Origin: a virus
Lineage: Duplodnaviria; Heunggongvirae; Uroviricota; Caudoviricetes
DNA length: 18,628 bases
Virus record (IMG/VR): IMGVR_UViG_2731957842_000007
Location: 1 to 18,628 of that record
Strand: one strand, 5' to 3'
Both the position numbers and the translations under genes were made by a program. Below the pieces are notes generated by a model. It searched no databases. It was not told the DNA's origin and was given only the letters and a program-made list of their open reading frames with translations. This document shows positions 1 through 9,913 of this stretch, in pieces; within the stretch, counting starts at the first letter, position 1, and each line of letters begins with the position of its first letter.

Positions 1-933
1 ATGGACAACGACAAAATTGATCAACACAGCGACGAAATTGAAGTTGAGAGCGAAGAAAAAGAGCGCGGCAAAAAAATAGAAATAGATGAAGACCGACTCC
101 CCTCCCGGGCGATGGCAATTCATGAGCATATCCGCCAGGATGGTGAAAAAGAGCTGGAACGCGACGCAATGGCGCTACTGTGGTCAGCCATTGCGGCGGG
201 TCTGTCGATGGGCGCTTCGTTACTGGCAAAAGGGATATTTCAAGTCGAACTGGAAGGTGTGCCGGGCAGCTTCTTGCTGGAGAATCTCGGTTATACCTTT
301 GGTTTTATTATCGTCATTATGGCCCGCCAGCAATTATTTACCGAAAATACCGTGACTGCGGTACTACCCGTCATGCAAAAACCGACAATGAGCAACGTCG
401 GCTTACTTATACGGTTATGGGGCGTCGTGCTGCTGGGTAATATTCTCGGGACAGGTATTGCGGCGTGGGCATTTGAATATATGCCTATCTTCAATGAAGA
501 AACTCGCGATGCATTTGTCAAAATCGGCATGGATGTGATGAAGAACACCCCCAGCGAGATGTTTGCCAACGCGATCATTTCCGGCTGGCTGATCGCCACT
601 ATGGTTTGGATGTTTCCTGCAGCGGGTGCGGCAAAGATTGTGGTGATTATATTGATGACCTGGCTTATTGCCCTGGGTGACACCACCCATATCGTGGTCG
701 GTTCTGTTGAAATCCTCTATCTGGTGTTTAACGGTACGCTGCACTGGAGCGATTTCATCTGGCCCTTCGCACTACCTACTTTAGCGGGGAACATCTGCGG
801 CGGCACCTTTATCTTCGCGTTAATGAGTCATGCACAGATTCGTAACGACATGAGCAATAAGCGTAAAGCAGAAGCACGCCAAAAAGCAGAACGTGCGGAA
901 AACATTAAGAAAAATTATAAAAACCCGGCATAA
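1..933 (+). CDS. yfdC: Formate/nitrite transporter (FNT) family inner membrane protein, chromosomal flank
   Basis: Complete 310 aa ORF starting at base 1; hydrophobic multi-pass protein recognised as the FNT-family protein that lies upstream of argW in E. coli. Stop TAA at 931-933. Confidence 0.8.
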   Translation: MDNDKIDQHSDEIEVESEEKERGKKIEIDEDRLPSRAMAIHEHIRQDGEKELERDAMALLWSAIAAGLSMGASLLAKGIFQVELEGVPGSFLLENLGYTFGFIIVIMARQQLFTENTVTAVLPVMQKPTMSNVGLLIRLWGVVLLGNILGTGIAAWAFEYMPIFNEETRDAFVKIGMDVMKNTPSEMFANAIISGWLIATMVWMFPAAGAAKIVVIILMTWLIALGDTTHIVVGSVEILYLVFNGTLHWSDFIWPFALPTLAGNICGGTFIFALMSHAQIRNDMSNKRKAEARQKAERAENIKKNYKNPA

Positions 934-968
934 ATGGCGAGGGTTTAAGCAATCGAGCGGCAGCGTAC

Positions 969-997
969 TTACCCCGCACTCCATTAGCGGGTATACT
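969..997 (+). promoter_or_regulatory. Candidate argW promoter: TATACT -10 hexamer at 992-997 followed by a GC-rich discriminator (GCCGC), weak -35-like TTACCC at 969-974
   Basis: -10-like hexamer lies about 11 nt upstream of the mature tRNA 5' end; the GC-rich discriminator is typical of stable-RNA promoters. Read by eye only. Confidence 0.3.
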
Positions 998-1008
998 CAT
1001 GCCGCATT

Positions 1009-1083
1009 GTCCTCTTAGTTAAATGGATATAACGAGCCCCTCCTAAGGGCTAATTGCAGGTTCGATTCCTGCAGGGGACACCA
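1009..1083 (+). tRNA. argW: tRNA-Arg (anticodon CCU), 75 nt with encoded CCA end
   Basis: Cloverleaf readable in sequence: acceptor stem GTCCTCT/AGGGGAC, anticodon loop CTCCTAA (anticodon CCT), T-arm GCAGG-TTCGATT-CCTGC, 3' CCA. An integrase gene follows 160 bp downstream. Confidence 0.9.
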
Positions 1084-1178
1084 TTTATCAGTTCGCTCTA
1101 ATCCGTATCAGTCCGCAAAATCCCCTGAATATCAAGCCTTCCGTAGATTCACAGTTCGTCATGGTTCGCGTCAGATCG

Positions 1179-1208
1179 TTGACAGCCGCACTCCATGACG
1201 GGTAAAAA
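1179..1208 (+). promoter_or_regulatory. Candidate integrase promoter: TTGACA (1179-1184), 18 bp spacer, TAAAAA (1203-1208)
   Basis: Perfect -35 consensus hexamer with an A/T-rich -10-like hexamer at suitable spacing, 37 bp upstream of the int ATG and within the expected attL arm. Confidence 0.3.
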
Positions 1209-1221
1209 GTGGATAAAATAA

Positions 1222-1245
1222 TTTTACCCACCGGATTTTTACCCA
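1222..1245 (+). repeat. Two direct copies of TTTTACCCA (1222-1230 and 1237-1245), 15 bp apart; the second overlaps the integrase ATG
   Basis: Exact 9 bp direct repeat read in sequence; position between the promoter-like element and the int start suggests recombinase or excisionase binding sites. Confidence 0.4.
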
Positions 1246-2402
1246 TGCTCACCGTTAAGCAGATTGAAGCAGCAAAGCCGAAAGAAAAACCATACCGCCT
1301 TCTCGATGGTAATGGCCTGTACCTTTATGTCCCTGTGTCAGGGAAAAAGGTATGGCAGCTTCGCTACAAGATTGACGGTAAGGAGAAAATCCTGACCGTC
1401 GGAAAATATCCGCTTATGACTTTGCAGGAGGCAAGGGATAAAGCATGGACCGCGAGGAAAGACATCTCGGTTGGCATCGATCCGGTAAAAGCGAAAAAGG
1501 CTTCGTCTAACAACAATTCCTTTAGCGCCATTTACAAGGAATGGTACGAGCACAAGAAGCAAGTCTGGTCAGTAGGCTATGCAACTGAACTTGCCAAAAT
1601 GTTTGATGACGACATTTTACCTATCATCGGCGGCCTTGAAATTCAGGATATTGAGCCTATGCAACTGCTGGAAGTAATCCGCAGGTTTGAAGATCGCGGT
1701 GCAATGGAGCGAGCCAACAAAGCACGCAGAAGATGCGGCGAGGTTTTCCGTTACGCTATTGTCACTGGTAGGGCTAAATATAACCCGGCACCTGACCTTG
1801 CTGACGCCATGAAAGGATACCGCAAGAAGAACTTCCCGTTTCTTCCTGCAGACCAGATCCCTGCATTCAACAAAGCACTGGCAACATTTTCAGGAAGCAT
1901 CGTATCGCTCATTGCGACTAAAGTTTTGCGCTACACAGCACTAAGAACGAAAGAGCTTCGCTCTATGCTATGGAAGAACGTCGATTTTGAAAACAGGATT
2001 ATCACTATCGACGCCAGTGTGATGAAGGGACGCAAAATTCATGTGGTTCCTATGTCAGACCAGGTGGTTGAACTTCTCACTACGCTAAACTCAATCACCA
2101 AACCAGTATCAGAGTTTGTTTTTGCCGGGCGCAACGATAAGAAGAAGCCAATTTGCGAGAACGCTGTACTGCTTGTGATCAAACAAATCGGCTATGAAGG
2201 TCTGGAAAGCGGTCACGGATTCAGGCATGAATTCAGCACGATTATGAACGAGCACGAATGGCCTGCTGATGCTATTGAAGTGCAACTGGCACATGCCAAC
2301 GGCGGATCTGTGCGCGGGATTTACAACCATGCTCAGTATCTCGATAAGCGCAGAGAAGTGATGCAGTGGTGGGCGGATTGGATTGATGAAAAGGTGGAGT
2401 GA
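1245..2402 (+). CDS. intS: Tyrosine site-specific integrase (phage integrase family), 385 aa
   Basis: Starts MLTVKQIEAAKPKEKPYRLLDGNGLYLYVP; C-terminal catalytic region contains R...HGFRHEF...Y motifs. The ORF-track GTG at 1209 is rejected in favour of the ATG at 1245, which gives the expected 385 aa length for the argW-associated integrase. Confidence 0.9.
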   Translation: MLTVKQIEAAKPKEKPYRLLDGNGLYLYVPVSGKKVWQLRYKIDGKEKILTVGKYPLMTLQEARDKAWTARKDISVGIDPVKAKKASSNNNSFSAIYKEWYEHKKQVWSVGYATELAKMFDDDILPIIGGLEIQDIEPMQLLEVIRRFEDRGAMERANKARRRCGEVFRYAIVTGRAKYNPAPDLADAMKGYRKKNFPFLPADQIPAFNKALATFSGSIVSLIATKVLRYTALRTKELRSMLWKNVDFENRIITIDASVMKGRKIHVVPMSDQVVELLTTLNSITKPVSEFVFAGRNDKKKPICENAVLLVIKQIGYEGLESGHGFRHEFSTIMNEHEWPADAIEVQLAHANGGSVRGIYNHAQYLDKRREVMQWWADWIDEKVE

Positions 2403-2417
2403 TCCACCTTTTCTGTT
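2393..2417. terminator. Bidirectional rho-independent terminator between the convergent int and tailspike genes
   Basis: Stem GGTGGA (2393-2398), loop GTGA, stem TCCACC (2403-2408), followed by TTTTCTGTT on the plus strand and preceded by AAAA (a T-run on the minus strand); overlaps the int stop codon. Confidence 0.5.
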
Positions 2418-2419
2418 AA

Positions 2420-4414
2420 TTATTCAGCCTTAGCAAAAGTGGTCATAGTTGTTCCACTGAAAGTGAATGACCTGTCTGTAAGAGTAACATCCTGAATAGC
2501 AAAGTAATCGCCAACACCAGCGCCATTTACATAAAACTCGAATATCTCAGATGTATTTTCCGGAATAATATTATTAGCAATATAACACGTAGATAAAGAA
2601 CCATTTGTTGATGGTAAAGTTCCAAATAGCGTTGCATCCGATGCAGCATATATCGAACTGCTTAAATAAATATTTATATCAACATTACTCTCATAAGTAA
2701 CAATTAAGTACACCCGGTCGTTAACCTTCCACCCTCTGTCTTTTATCTTAGTATTAAGTGATAGCTTGTTAGAACTAGGGGTCGTTACGGTATTAATGGT
2801 TATTTTTGCTCCTATTGAGTTGTATCTGCTTCTGGTTACTGTATTACCAGTATTGTTCATTGTATAAAGGATTGCTCTGCTTTCTGCAAACGTCCTCATA
2901 TTAATCTTGCCTAAACAATCTCCTTCCATAACTTGTGGGCCAGACACAGTTGCACCAATATAACAATTAGTAAATACAGCATGAGCCCTGTTGTCAGTGC
3001 TTGATGCAAGTAATGAAAGTTTAAAGTTGCCCTGATCTGCAATCCAGCAACTATCAACCTTAACTACAGCATCATTGTCAAGAACAACAAACCTTCCTCC
3101 CTCATTGTAATATCCTACAAAAGCATTTACACCGCTTATTTTTACTACTCCATCTGGAACCGTAAAGATATCGCCTTGTATCGCTTCGCCATAGTACCCG
3201 CCAACAATATTGGTCACTCTGGTATTTAAGTACATGCCATGCCCAATGCCGAACTCAAGGTCACATCCAATTAAGCTTAAACCTTCAATAGGGGAAGTAC
3301 CAGAAGCATAAAAGGCATATTCACCGACCTTATTTGATGCAAATCCACAGTTATTGAACGTTACGCGGTTGTTAGCCCCAGCAAGGTGAACTCCGCGATT
3401 TGGCGCAGGAACAAAAGAACAGCAATCATAGGTATTAAGCCAGTCGTTTATAGTATAGAAGTTCGCCACCACGCCATTGATGAAACGACAATTATGGGTT
3501 CTTCCTAGGTGAACATATTGAATTCGGCAAGCATAGTTGGCGATGTTGTTCCCATCAACTGTAACGTGAGAGATAGATGTGCTACGTCTTATAGAGTCAG
3601 TTTCGTAGTACATGTTGACAACTGTCTCTCCAGTGAACCCACTCCCCGCAATAATGAATGACTTCTCAACGCCATCCCCGAATAGGTCAACAGTGCCTAT
3701 TGTTAAATCAACTGGTGACTTAACATAGTAAGTTCCTGCAGGGACAAACAGCCTCTTTCCTGCCGATAAAGCAACTGCTGCAGCAGCATTAAAGCTAGCT
3801 GAGTTATCTGCCGCTGGATCACCAGTAATGGGGAAAAATTGAGCAACAGAAATATAATCTGCTACCGTCACTTCGTACCATGGCAAAGCAGGAGATGACG
3901 GAAGAGTGCCACTACCACCGGTGTAGATTTTATTATTATACCACCACCAGTTATCAACATTAGATAACACCCCCTCCTGCCACACCCCCCCTAACGAGAA
4001 ATCAAGACCGTAAGAAGTAGCTATCTGACTTAATGATAATGTTGCTCCTCTGTCAGAAGCTAATTCTTGCCTTAATTGGTCAGGGTCATACTTCAGCACA
4101 TTAGGAAAATAGAACTGCTGTGCACCATACGCATCATAAACAGCCATAGAATGGCCTTGCACAGTTACGAACTTGGCAATCTGTCCGTTATATACCGGAT
4201 ATCCAGCAGCGTTAATGATGATTGGTTGCGAAACAGGAACGTGAGAGCCGTCTTCGTTCTCCACATAAACCTGAATCTGGTTTTCAGGATTTACAGGGTC
4301 AGTGTCAATTTTACCGATATAAATTTTGCCATTGGCTACGGCTTTAAAAGAACGAGCCATAGTGAAGAGTTGCGAAGGCATGCTTACCACAACATTTGCG
4401 GTGATATCTGACAT
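2420..4414 (-). CDS. Tailspike protein: P22-like N-terminal head-binding domain fused to a divergent C-terminal receptor-binding domain (probable glycan depolymerase)
   Basis: N-terminus [60 protein letters not shown] matches the conserved head-binding domain of P22 gp9-type tailspikes; the remainder has no P22 gp9 similarity I can see. Start placed at ATG 4414 (GGAG 9 nt upstream) rather than the ORF-track start at 4462. Confidence 0.85.
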   Translation of the reverse strand: MSDITANVVVSMPSQLFTMARSFKAVANGKIYIGKIDTDPVNPENQIQVYVENEDGSHVPVSQPIIINAAGYPVYNGQIAKFVTVQGHSMAVYDAYGAQQFYFPNVLKYDPDQLRQELASDRGATLSLSQIATSYGLDFSLGGVWQEGVLSNVDNWWWYNNKIYTGGSGTLPSSPALPWYEVTVADYISVAQFFPITGDPAADNSASFNAAAAVALSAGKRLFVPAGTYYVKSPVDLTIGTVDLFGDGVEKSFIIAGSGFTGETVVNMYYETDSIRRSTSISHVTVDGNNIANYACRIQYVHLGRTHNCRFINGVVANFYTINDWLNTYDCCSFVPAPNRGVHLAGANNRVTFNNCGFASNKVGEYAFYASGTSPIEGLSLIGCDLEFGIGHGMYLNTRVTNIVGGYYGEAIQGDIFTVPDGVVKISGVNAFVGYYNEGGRFVVLDNDAVVKVDSCWIADQGNFKLSLLASSTDNRAHAVFTNCYIGATVSGPQVMEGDCLGKINMRTFAESRAILYTMNNTGNTVTRSRYNSIGAKITINTVTTPSSNKLSLNTKIKDRGWKVNDRVYLIVTYESNVDINIYLSSSIYAASDATLFGTLPSTNGSLSTCYIANNIIPENTSEIFEFYVNGAGVGDYFAIQDVTLTDRSFTFSGTTMTTFAKAE

Positions 4415-4439
4415 TTCATTGCTCCAGACGAATGATATG

Positions 4440-4462
4440 ATGCAACCATGATGTGGTTGCAT
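4440..4462. promoter_or_regulatory. Palindromic operator-like site ATGCAACCA-TGATG-TGGTTGCAT in the tailspike/mnt divergent intergenic region
   Basis: 9 bp inverted-repeat arms around a 5 bp spacer; overlaps a TTGCAT -35-like hexamer (4457-4462) oriented towards mnt. Fits a ribbon-helix-helix repressor operator. Confidence 0.45.
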
Positions 4463-4535
4463 ACCGAAATGGTACTATTGAGTATTTATCCAGTAGGTTA
4501 CGATGCCATTCCACCCAACTGGTGAGGCATCAAGG

Positions 4536-4802
4536 ATGTACAGCAAATACGACGAGGCGCAGTTTCACTTGAGACTTCCGCATGAACTCCACGCGAAAAT
4601 TAAACAGCGCGCGAAGATGAATAACAGGTCGCTGAACTCAGAGATAATTGCAGCGATTGAAGAATCATTGGCTAAACAAAGCTCTGCATCCGTTTACATT
4701 GACGATGCAGAGCGTATGGCAGAACAACAATCTGATATGGTTAAGAAAATGGTTTTTGAAACGCTTAAGACCATGTATAGCAATAATAAAAAGGAAACAT
4801 AG
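4536..4802 (+). CDS. mnt: Mnt-like ribbon-helix-helix (Arc/MetJ family) repressor, 88 aa
   Basis: FHLRLPHELHAKIKQRAKMNNRSLNSEIIAAIEESL is a ribbon-helix-helix N-terminal fold; C-terminal DAERMAEQQSDMVKKMVFETLK resembles the P22 Mnt C-terminus as I recall it. ATG at 4536 with GGTGAGG 8 nt upstream; ORF-track start 4503 rejected. Confidence 0.7.
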   Translation: MYSKYDEAQFHLRLPHELHAKIKQRAKMNNRSLNSEIIAAIEESLAKQSSASVYIDDAERMAEQQSDMVKKMVFETLKTMYSNNKKET

Positions 4803-4872
4803 AAATCTAGTTTCCGGCTAAAATGGCATTGCCTTCATGATATCCTGTGAAAAACTAAGGAGAGTTAACCAT

Positions 4873-5358
4873 ATGAAAAAATCACTGTTAATTATCCCGC
4901 TTCTGCTGGTTGGATGCGCAAAAGTAAGTGACTATCAAGCAAGTTGCGAACAACGCTATCAAAAGCTTAGCGATATGGCTAATTGCCTTGATGCCAGAGT
5001 GAAGAACGACTCACGCATGGCATCAGCACCAACACCTAAGCTATATGTCCTTGCTGCAAAGATGCTCGGGCAAGGTGTCGATGAAGGCAAGATAAGTGAC
5101 GCACAGGCAAGACTTGAGCTTCAGAATCTTTATGTTCAATTACAAAGCCAAGAACAAGCCCAACAAATAGCACAAAGCCAAGCATTCCAGCAGGCTTTAT
5201 TGAATTATCAGGCTGTAAACACAATGCAAGCGATCGAGCAAAAAGCGAGACAGCCTGTTATAACTCAACCCTATCCAACACGAGTTGACACTTACACAAA
5301 CTGCAATTCAGGATTTGGAAACACCGTCACATGCAACAGTAGCAGCAACATTAGATAA
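4873..5358 (+). CDS. Predicted lipoprotein with Gln-rich C-terminal region, 161 aa; candidate superinfection-exclusion or moron protein
   Basis: MKKSLLIIPLLLVGC has a signal peptide and lipobox (LVGC); strong RBS AAGGAG 10 nt upstream of ATG 4873; occupies the position where P22-like phages carry sieA/immI genes. Confidence 0.7.
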   Translation: MKKSLLIIPLLLVGCAKVSDYQASCEQRYQKLSDMANCLDARVKNDSRMASAPTPKLYVLAAKMLGQGVDEGKISDAQARLELQNLYVQLQSQEQAQQIAQSQAFQQALLNYQAVNTMQAIEQKARQPVITQPYPTRVDTYTNCNSGFGNTVTCNSSSNIR

Positions 5359-5360
5359 AG

Positions 5361-7475
5361 CTATTCATATTCATTCATACCGCTTAACGAGGCGACAATA
5401 CCAGCTCTCGACAAGCGATTGAATTCATCGCTACCAATAGCATCGCGTATTGCTTTTACGGCGGCTTTATTTGCCATAAATCGGCGTTCCGCCGCCGCTA
5501 ATGCTTCTTTACTTCCGCCAGCTCTTACTGCTTTCGTGGCTTCCTGAACTGCTTTCTCTATCGCATATCGGCCGCTACGAGTGGTGGCAATTTTAGATAC
5601 AGCACCTTTTAACCCGGCGCCAACTAAAGCACCTGCGGCAGCGCCTGCAATGCCACCTCCTGCTCCACCAACAATGGCACCTGATGTTGAGTTGGCAATT
5701 GCATTTAACACTGTTGATGTGATGTTGGATAAACCGGCATCCAGATCGCGTAGTACATTGGCAGTTCTCCCTGTTCTTTCAATATACTGCTGAGGTTTCA
5801 CTGCTGCTCTTGCAAGAGTGCCATATACATCAGCAATTCTTCCGAGTTCTGAGGAATATCTGCTAATGGCTTTTACATTTTGTGGGGTAAGTATCCCTGC
5901 GATATGGTTAATTCCTGCTGCATCAGCTTTGCCACCACGTACACCATGCGAGATAGCATCTTGCAACATTGATGATATAGCAGGAACACGCTCTGATTCT
6001 GGCAGCGCGCGGATCATAGAATGGAATCCAGCAGGACCATTAAGACCTTTAGCTGACGATGCTTGAAGAGATTTTACTCCATTCGTAATCAGTGCATCTG
6101 TTGCCAAATCACGCCCAAAAACAGACTCTGCACTCTCTTGTGCGGACAGCCTCGCTTTAGACAGATCATTAGCTTTTTGCCAGTCATCAAAAAATCCGCC
6201 GTTTTCCGCCATTGTGCGCATATCATCAGTAATTGCCCGACGTATTTCCCCTGCTCTCCTTGCCGCATTTGCCTCTCCGCTACGCTTATATTTTTGCTCC
6301 GCATCAGCAAATTTCGCTCTCCATGCTTTCATGCCATCAAATGTTACTCCACCTTGATTGTTTGCCTGAACAAACTGTTTCATTTCAGGAGTAAGCGGTA
6401 TGCCAGCAGATCGCTCTGCCTGAATAACGGCATTACCATTTAGCATTCTTGCTTTTTGATTTGGCATTGTTGACCGCACGTCATCCCATGCCGCGCGCTC
6501 GGCATCCTTCATCTGATCAAGATTTTGAAGAATCCTTTGTTTTATAGCCGCACTTTTTTCTGATGCCGTTCCAGATGCGGCCCCAAATTCATCAAGGTTT
6601 CGACTTAACTTTGATGATATTTCGTTAAATGCTGCCTGATGGGCGTCCTGAACAATTCCTGGTGTTGATGCCAATGCGCCTTCGGCTTGTGCAATTCCAC
6701 GACTTCCAGATCGCATTCCTGGTGTTAATGCGTTTATATCAATTCCAGCAGACTCAGCCGCTTTTGCTACATCTTCGGACACATTAGCGGCCTGACTGGC
6801 AATTGACTGACGCCCAGCACCTGACTTTGCCATCCTGGAAACATCATTAGCAGAATTCAGTGCTGCACCACCAAGAGCCTGTGAAACCCTTGGCGCAATA
6901 ACGCGCCCGACACCTGAAAGAACGCCTTGAGCACCAATATTGATACCACCGTTAATGGCAGCATTTTGTGCAAAATCACCCTCCTGATTTGCAGCATCAG
7001 CAAGAGAACCTGCAATCATGTTTCCTGCGGAACCGATATCTCCAGCGAGCTTTGCTGGCGCTCCAGCAGCTTTTGCCGCTGTGCCAATTGGCAGGAGATA
7101 CCCACCAATTGTTTCACCGGCTTGCGCATAAGGGTCTGTCGGTCGATCGACTGGACGATAGACATCATCCAAAACCTTGGGGCCACCAAGCCCCTGGCTG
7201 ATTGCATTAATCAGACTTGCGCCACCCTGCAATACGTCAAATGGTATGTTTACCAGACCACGGCCAGCCTGTTCTGCAATTTGCCCTGCGCTTTGACCAC
7301 CAGTGAGCCAGTCAGTGGCTTTTCCTACCAGAGATTGTTCTTCTGGCTGCGATTGGTTTTGAGTGGATTGATCACCAGAAGACAGCATCTGAGCAATGCG
7401 ACGTGCTCCCTCAGTATCGCCGGCAGCATCAGCATTCCTTAACGCCGTCATCAACTGTTCGCGACTATAGGCCAT
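5361..7475 (-). CDS. DNA ejection/transfer protein, P22 gp16-like, 704 aa
   Basis: Third gene of a 7-20-16-like ejection operon on the minus strand; Gly/Ala-rich; start overlaps the stop of the upstream gene. Confidence 0.65.
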   Translation of the reverse strand: MAYSREQLMTALRNADAAGDTEGARRIAQMLSSGDQSTQNQSQPEEQSLVGKATDWLTGGQSAGQIAEQAGRGLVNIPFDVLQGGASLINAISQGLGGPKVLDDVYRPVDRPTDPYAQAGETIGGYLLPIGTAAKAAGAPAKLAGDIGSAGNMIAGSLADAANQEGDFAQNAAINGGINIGAQGVLSGVGRVIAPRVSQALGGAALNSANDVSRMAKSGAGRQSIASQAANVSEDVAKAAESAGIDINALTPGMRSGSRGIAQAEGALASTPGIVQDAHQAAFNEISSKLSRNLDEFGAASGTASEKSAAIKQRILQNLDQMKDAERAAWDDVRSTMPNQKARMLNGNAVIQAERSAGIPLTPEMKQFVQANNQGGVTFDGMKAWRAKFADAEQKYKRSGEANAARRAGEIRRAITDDMRTMAENGGFFDDWQKANDLSKARLSAQESAESVFGRDLATDALITNGVKSLQASSAKGLNGPAGFHSMIRALPESERVPAISSMLQDAISHGVRGGKADAAGINHIAGILTPQNVKAISRYSSELGRIADVYGTLARAAVKPQQYIERTGRTANVLRDLDAGLSNITSTVLNAIANSTSGAIVGGAGGGIAGAAAGALVGAGLKGAVSKIATTRSGRYAIEKAVQEATKAVRAGGSKEALAAAERRFMANKAAVKAIRDAIGSDEFNRLSRAGIVASLSGMNEYE

Positions 7476-8749
7476 TACTGCCCTCCGAGATATTTATTAA
7501 TCAGGTCATCATCAGAAAGCTGCTGTTGAGACGGTTGTATGTCCTTCCCGTATTTCTGTTGCATACGTTTCTGAGCCATCTCAGTGGTTTTTATGATTGT
7601 TTTGATGGCTGCTCTGGCTGATTTTTCAGACTGATTTGGGGACAAACTACCAATAGCATCCATTACCTTTTGCCCCTCGGCATTACTTAAAGCCCCCATC
7701 CCTTTCATCTGCTGAATGCCAGATAAGAATCCCTGAGATTTCAGTGTGTCAACCAGAGTTTCTGTATCAGCAGCCTCTGTTCCTGGAATGAATCTACTCG
7801 ATAGTGGGTTTAGGTTTGTTCCGAAATATCCAGTGAATCCCGGGCTATTAAGAACTTTTGTAGCCGTCTCTATCGTTCTGGAAAGATTATCCATTCCAGA
7901 GTTGTACGCATCAGCCTTATCTCGCTTTGCCTGCTCCATAGCTTGCTGATTCTGCAATCTCTTGTCCTGCAATTCAGCAAGTTTTAAGGCATTAGTTTCA
8001 TTTGCGATGAGTCTGTCGTATTTCTTGTCCTCTAATTCCATCCGACGAAGATTGACATTTTGTTGCGCAATATTGTTGCTTGCCCACCCTCTGGCATTTG
8101 TCATGTCATTATTACGGATTGTTTCGTTAATTTTTTGCTGATCCTGCTGGCGACCAACCATCTTATCCTGAACAGCAAACGCCTTTTCTGGTCCAAGCGC
8201 ACCGAGAGACATAGTAGTCAGCATGTGTGATAGCTGCTCTGGATTCTGGATACCTGTCTGAATCATCCAGTCAGCATTAGCACCAACGCGATTTAACCTG
8301 TCCTTGTTGTCAGTAATGAATTTGCTGTAGGCTTCCGGTCCCTGAGAAAGAGCGACGTTAGCCCTCATGGCTAAATCGCCCATATCGTTGCGTTGCTGAT
8401 CATTAAGACCGGAAAACGCCTGTTGTGCCTGTGCAACAAACGCTGGATTTTCCTGGGCAAACTTAAATAGTCCCGATGGATCACCAGAAGCCCATGCATC
8501 AGCATGAACCTTATTGAACGCATTAATCGCTTCCTGTTGCTGTTCCTGCTTATAAATATCAGCAACTCCAGCCAGACCACGTAACGCGGTCAGACCAACG
8601 TTATTTGCACCTGAGCGAGCCAGTTCATTGTTTTCGCGGATCAGACCAAGCGTTGCGTTAATGTCGCTTGCCTTTGGCGCATTCTCATTTTGCGTACCGA
8701 TGCCAGCCAGAAAACCACCAGAATTAATACCCTGTTGCCACGTAGCCAT
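7475..8749 (-). CDS. DNA ejection/transfer protein, P22 gp20-like, 424 aa
   Basis: Position between gp7-like and gp16-like genes; Gln-rich low-complexity segments typical of ejection proteins; GGGG RBS upstream of ATG at 8749. Confidence 0.65.
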   Translation of the reverse strand: MATWQQGINSGGFLAGIGTQNENAPKASDINATLGLIRENNELARSGANNVGLTALRGLAGVADIYKQEQQQEAINAFNKVHADAWASGDPSGLFKFAQENPAFVAQAQQAFSGLNDQQRNDMGDLAMRANVALSQGPEAYSKFITDNKDRLNRVGANADWMIQTGIQNPEQLSHMLTTMSLGALGPEKAFAVQDKMVGRQQDQQKINETIRNNDMTNARGWASNNIAQQNVNLRRMELEDKKYDRLIANETNALKLAELQDKRLQNQQAMEQAKRDKADAYNSGMDNLSRTIETATKVLNSPGFTGYFGTNLNPLSSRFIPGTEAADTETLVDTLKSQGFLSGIQQMKGMGALSNAEGQKVMDAIGSLSPNQSEKSARAAIKTIIKTTEMAQKRMQQKYGKDIQPSQQQLSDDDLINKYLGGQ

Positions 8750-8759
8750 TGATTACCCC

Positions 8760-9452
8760 TTAAAACAACGAGCCAAGCAGACCAAGACCGCCTCCGATCG
8801 CAGCCCCCCACGGAGTTGATGAACCAATTAATTTCGCAAGTCCGGCCCCAGCAATAGCACCAGACGCACCTCCGCCAATAGCAGATTGCATTGCTGATGG
8901 TCTGTTGGCATTTGCCGCTGCAAGAGCCGCACTTTGCTGCGAAATCTGACTCATGTTGTTGGCATATGTCTGCCCGGCGTTTGCCTGACCTTGCAGTGCG
9001 CCAAGACCAATGTTTGCCAGATTCTGGTAGTTGTTCATCTGACCAGACAGCCACTGCTGACCAAGCGTTGGTGCGATTGTTGCTAACTGATTACCGGTTG
9101 CAGTGGAACCCAATCCACCTGTTGCTTCCGCTGCCGCCAGACTCTGATAGCGAGCCTGACCAGCAAGATCTTTGTACTGCTGAGAGTTGTAATACTGGTT
9201 TAGCGCCTGACCTTGCCCATCCAGAGACGATAAGTTCTCGAGGCTGCCGACATACTTCTCAGCCAGAGGAGTAAACGGTTTCAGGTTGTTCATGATGGTG
9301 TTGAACTGCTGATTTTGCAGGTCTGCGGCATACTTCTGAGCTTCTGCTGCATACTTTGCGCTTTTATCAGAACTGCCACCTTTCCCGCCTTTTTCAGGGC
9401 AATAAGGTTCCTCGCCGCGCAGTTTTCTGCCCAGCTTAAATGCATATAACAT
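8760..9452 (-). CDS. DNA ejection protein, P22 gp7-like, 230 aa
   Basis: MLYAFKLGRKLRGEEPYCPEKGGKGGSSDKSAKYAAEAQKYAADLQNQQFNTIMNNLKPF closely matches the P22 gp7 N-terminus as I recall it; length matches gp7 (229 aa). Confidence 0.8.
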   Translation of the reverse strand: MLYAFKLGRKLRGEEPYCPEKGGKGGSSDKSAKYAAEAQKYAADLQNQQFNTIMNNLKPFTPLAEKYVGSLENLSSLDGQGQALNQYYNSQQYKDLAGQARYQSLAAAEATGGLGSTATGNQLATIAPTLGQQWLSGQMNNYQNLANIGLGALQGQANAGQTYANNMSQISQQSAALAAANANRPSAMQSAIGGGASGAIAGAGLAKLIGSSTPWGAAIGGGLGLLGSLF

Positions 9453-9454
9453 GG

Positions 9455-9913
9455 CTATCTCCCGTGATTCAGGAAGTCGATTAGTTCTTCGCGTGTGGCG
9501 CTGTAAAAAGTCACGTCATCCACGCCTTTAAAGTATTTCTTGATGGTTCCTACACGATTAAGGCCAATCATTGCGCAGTAAATCTGCCCGTGGCGGAATT
9601 TGCGTGCGGCGAACGATGTGACGCACTGAACGGTGGTGTTAGTCAGAATGTATCGCCAGAACGCCAGCCCGATTTCCTTGCTGAAGCCACGAACCTCTGG
9701 CAGGTACATGGCGTGGCAATCGAATGTCAGCGGCTGAATCTCCTGATAGTAAACAATGCCGCCAAACTGACCGTACACGTTAACCTCAAAGTAACGGCAT
9801 TCAGGCTTGTAGTCGTATCCATCACCGTTGTTGCTTCCGGCAATAATGTCAGGGTGATTTCCGACTGCTTCGATCAGGTCGATGTTTCGCGTTGGTTTGA
9901 ACTGAATCATCAC
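9455..9913 (-). CDS. P22 gp14-like protein, 152 aa
   Basis: [35 protein letters not shown] matches gp14 of P22-like phages; sits between the needle and gp7 genes as in P22. Confidence 0.7.
   Translation of the reverse strand: MMIQFKPTRNIDLIEAVGNHPDIIAGSNNGDGYDYKPECRYFEVNVYGQFGGIVYYQEIQPLTFDCHAMYLPEVRGFSKEIGLAFWRYILTNTTVQCVTSFAARKFRHGQIYCAMIGLNRVGTIKKYFKGVDDVTFYSATREELIDFLNHGR

Noticed and set aside
86-744. ORFs 86..355(+), 180..440(+), 291..686(-), 415..744(-) overlapping yfdC
   Set aside because: They lie entirely within the well-supported 310 aa yfdC frame in alternative frames or antisense, with no start context; shadow ORFs.
1209-1244. ORF-track integrase start at GTG 1209 (397 aa)
   Set aside because: The ATG at 1245 gives the expected 385 aa product; the extension would overlap the candidate promoter and repeats.
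4415-4462. ORF-track tailspike start at 4462 (680 aa) and 4076..4411(+) antisense ORF
   Set aside because: The conserved head-binding N-terminus begins at the ATG at 4414, which has an RBS; the extra 16 codons run through the operator-like palindrome. The plus-strand ORF is antisense within the tailspike.
5036-7442. Internal and antisense ORFs within the lipoprotein and gp16-like genes (5036..5224, 5581..5793, 5818..6066, 6063..6443, 6089..6310, 6927..7442, 6968..7201, 7016..7207)
   Set aside because: All nested inside longer coherent genes on the other strand or frame; Cys- or Pro-rich junk-like composition.
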